Program-made: the position numbers and the translations under genes
Notes under the pieces: generated by a model
The model's input: the letters and a program-made list of their open reading frames with translations, nothing else
The model's database searches: none
What the model was told of the DNA's origin: nothing
Origin: an uncultured Hyphomicrobiales bacterium
GTDB taxonomy: Bacteria; Pseudomonadota; Alphaproteobacteria; Rhodospirillales; 2-12-FULL-67-15
DNA length: 64,000 bases
Assembly: GCA_964412955.1 (NCBI GenBank)
Contig: CAYPQV010000007.1
Location: 21,795 to 85,794 of the forward strand
Direction: 5' to 3'
In this document: positions 62,592 through 64,000 of the stretch, piece by piece
How positions within the stretch are numbered: position 1 is the stretch's first letter
How the letters are laid out: each line of letters begins with the position of its first letter

Positions 62592-63395
62592 GTGGCCACC
62601 ATCCATATCGTGATTCTCGCCCTGGTCCAGGGAATTACCGAGTTCCTGCCGATCTCGTCCTCGGGGCATCTCATCATGCTGCCCCATCTGTTCCGATGGC
62701 CGGACCAGGGGTTGATCGTGGACGTGGCGGTGCACGTCGGCACCTTGGGCGCGGTCGTCCTCTATCTCCGGCGCGACGTGTGGCGCATGACCGCCGGCTT
62801 CGGGCGCCTGCTCCAGGGCCGCCGGAACCCGGACGCGACGCTCGCGCTTTTCGTTGTCGCCGCGACCGTTCCGGTGGTGATCGCGGGCTTCGCCCTCAAG
62901 CGCTACTACCCGGACGGCATCCGCGATCTCGCCGTGGTCGGCTGGGCGACGCTCGGCTTCGGGGTCGTGCTGTGGATCGCCGACCGGATCGGCATGACCG
63001 TGCGGCGCATCGAGCACATCGGGTTTGGGGACGCGCTGCTCATCGGCCTCGCCCAGGTGCTGGCGCTGGTGCCGGGCACCAGCCGTTCCGGCATCACCAT
63101 GACGGCGGCGCGCCTTTTGGGCATGGAACGGCCGGACGCGGCGCGGTTTTCCATGATCCTCTCGATTCCGACCATCGTCGGCGCGGGCGTGCTGGAAGGC
63201 TGGGAGCTGTACAAGCTCGGCGACGCGCGATTGACCGCGGACGTCTTCCTCGCCGCGGCGCTCGCCTTCGTCGCCGCGCTCGTCGCCATCGTCCTGATGA
63301 TGGCGTGGCTCCGGCGCGCGAGCTTCACGCCGTTCGTGATCTACCGGATCGCGCTCGGCATTTTCCTCGTCGCCTTCGCCTACGGCTACGTCTGA
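62592..63395 (+). CDS. uppP: Undecaprenyl-diphosphatase
   Basis: [15 protein letters not shown] and PGTSRSG motifs. Confidence 0.95.
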   Translation: MATIHIVILALVQGITEFLPISSSGHLIMLPHLFRWPDQGLIVDVAVHVGTLGAVVLYLRRDVWRMTAGFGRLLQGRRNPDATLALFVVAATVPVVIAGFALKRYYPDGIRDLAVVGWATLGFGVVLWIADRIGMTVRRIEHIGFGDALLIGLAQVLALVPGTSRSGITMTAARLLGMERPDAARFSMILSIPTIVGAGVLEGWELYKLGDARLTADVFLAAALAFVAALVAIVLMMAWLRRASFTPFVIYRIALGIFLVAFAYGYV

Positions 63396-63399
63396 GCGC

Positions 63400-64000
63400 T
63401 CAATACCCCCGCGCCTTGTCGACCAGGCCGTTGGGCGCGAGCCCGGCGCGAATTTTATGGATATTGTCGGCGGCTTCGCGCGCCGCCGGCCCGGGGAGGG
63501 TGATGGCCGCGATATGCGGCGTGACGACGACATTGGGGTGCGCCCAGAACGGACTTTCGGGCGGAAGCGGTTCCTCGTGGAACACATCGAGCCACGCTCC
63601 GGCGAGTTGCCCGGTTGAGAGCGCGGCCAGGACGTCCGCCTCGATGGCGAGCCCGCCGCGCCCGGCGTTGATCAGGTAGGCGCCCTTCGGTAAGCGAGCG
63701 AGCGTTTTCGCGTTGACGATCCCTTCGGTGTCGCGGGTGAACGGCGCGAGGCAGACGAGAATGTCGCTCTGACCGAGAAACGCATCCAGTTCGCCCGGCC
63801 CGGCGCCCATGCCCACGAACGAGCGCGCGCCGGGAAGTTGTTTCTTGGTCCGGCTCCAACCCGAAACCGGAAACCCGAGCGCCAGCAGGTGGCGCGCCGC
63901 CGACTGGCCCAAGTGGCCGAAACCGAGAATCCCGATCCGCCGGTCGGCCGCCGCCGCCTGCGGAATTTCCTTCCAGTCCTTGCGGCCCTGCAGGGCGCGG
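63400..64000 (-). CDS. ghrA: Glyoxylate/hydroxypyruvate reductase A-like D-2-hydroxyacid dehydrogenase (5' part outside window)
   Basis: Open to the window edge; [25 protein letters not shown] and TPHIA motifs. Confidence 0.88.
   Translation of the reverse strand, partial: RALQGRKDWKEIPQAAAADRRIGILGFGHLGQSAARHLLALGFPVSGWSRTKKQLPGARSFVGMGAGPGELDAFLGQSDILVCLAPFTRDTEGIVNAKTLARLPKGAYLINAGRGGLAIEADVLAALSTGQLAGAWLDVFHEEPLPPESPFWAHPNVVVTPHIAAITLPGPAAREAADNIHKIRAGLAPNGLVDKARGY

Noticed and set aside
62430-63587. N-terminal extension making GltB 1937 aa
   Set aside because: It overlaps uppP on the opposite strand. GltB homology starts near GLYDP/ERDACG, so the start is placed at 62429.

Overview
High-GC alphaproteobacterial chromosome segment (Rhodospirillales-like, inferred from gene content and order). 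The centre is a complete oxidative-type (reverse) dissimilatory sulfite reductase operon on the minus strand: dsrABEFHCMK-L-L-JOP, followed by a YbiB-like gene, a DsrN::SUMT fusion and cbiX. It has two tandem dsrL paralogs with different predicted NAD/NADP specificity. A divergent TauD-like / small protein / LysE / anion-permease unit lies opposite dsrA. At the left is a candidate LysR-controlled C1/folate catabolic cluster (TauE, GcvT-like, divergent PanB-like, Fhs, GMC oxidoreductase, SDR). At the right are an FNR-box-preceded operon (exported HD-like protein plus PgtC/AfuA-like ABC transporter), ahcY, and a small island (Crp/Fnr regulator, small protein, exported truncated globin, exported cupin) bounded by a decayed duplicate of the ptsI 3' end. 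These are followed by the conserved chvIG-hprK-rapZ-EIIA-HPr-ptsI / pckA locus, trkH, gltBD, uppP and a partial ghrA. Non-coding features include a 274-bp MITE-like element and a 47-bp three-hairpin repeat, one copy of which is translated inside a gene. I saw no rRNA, tRNA, CRISPR array or transposase. All calls come from reading motifs by eye; no database searches were run.
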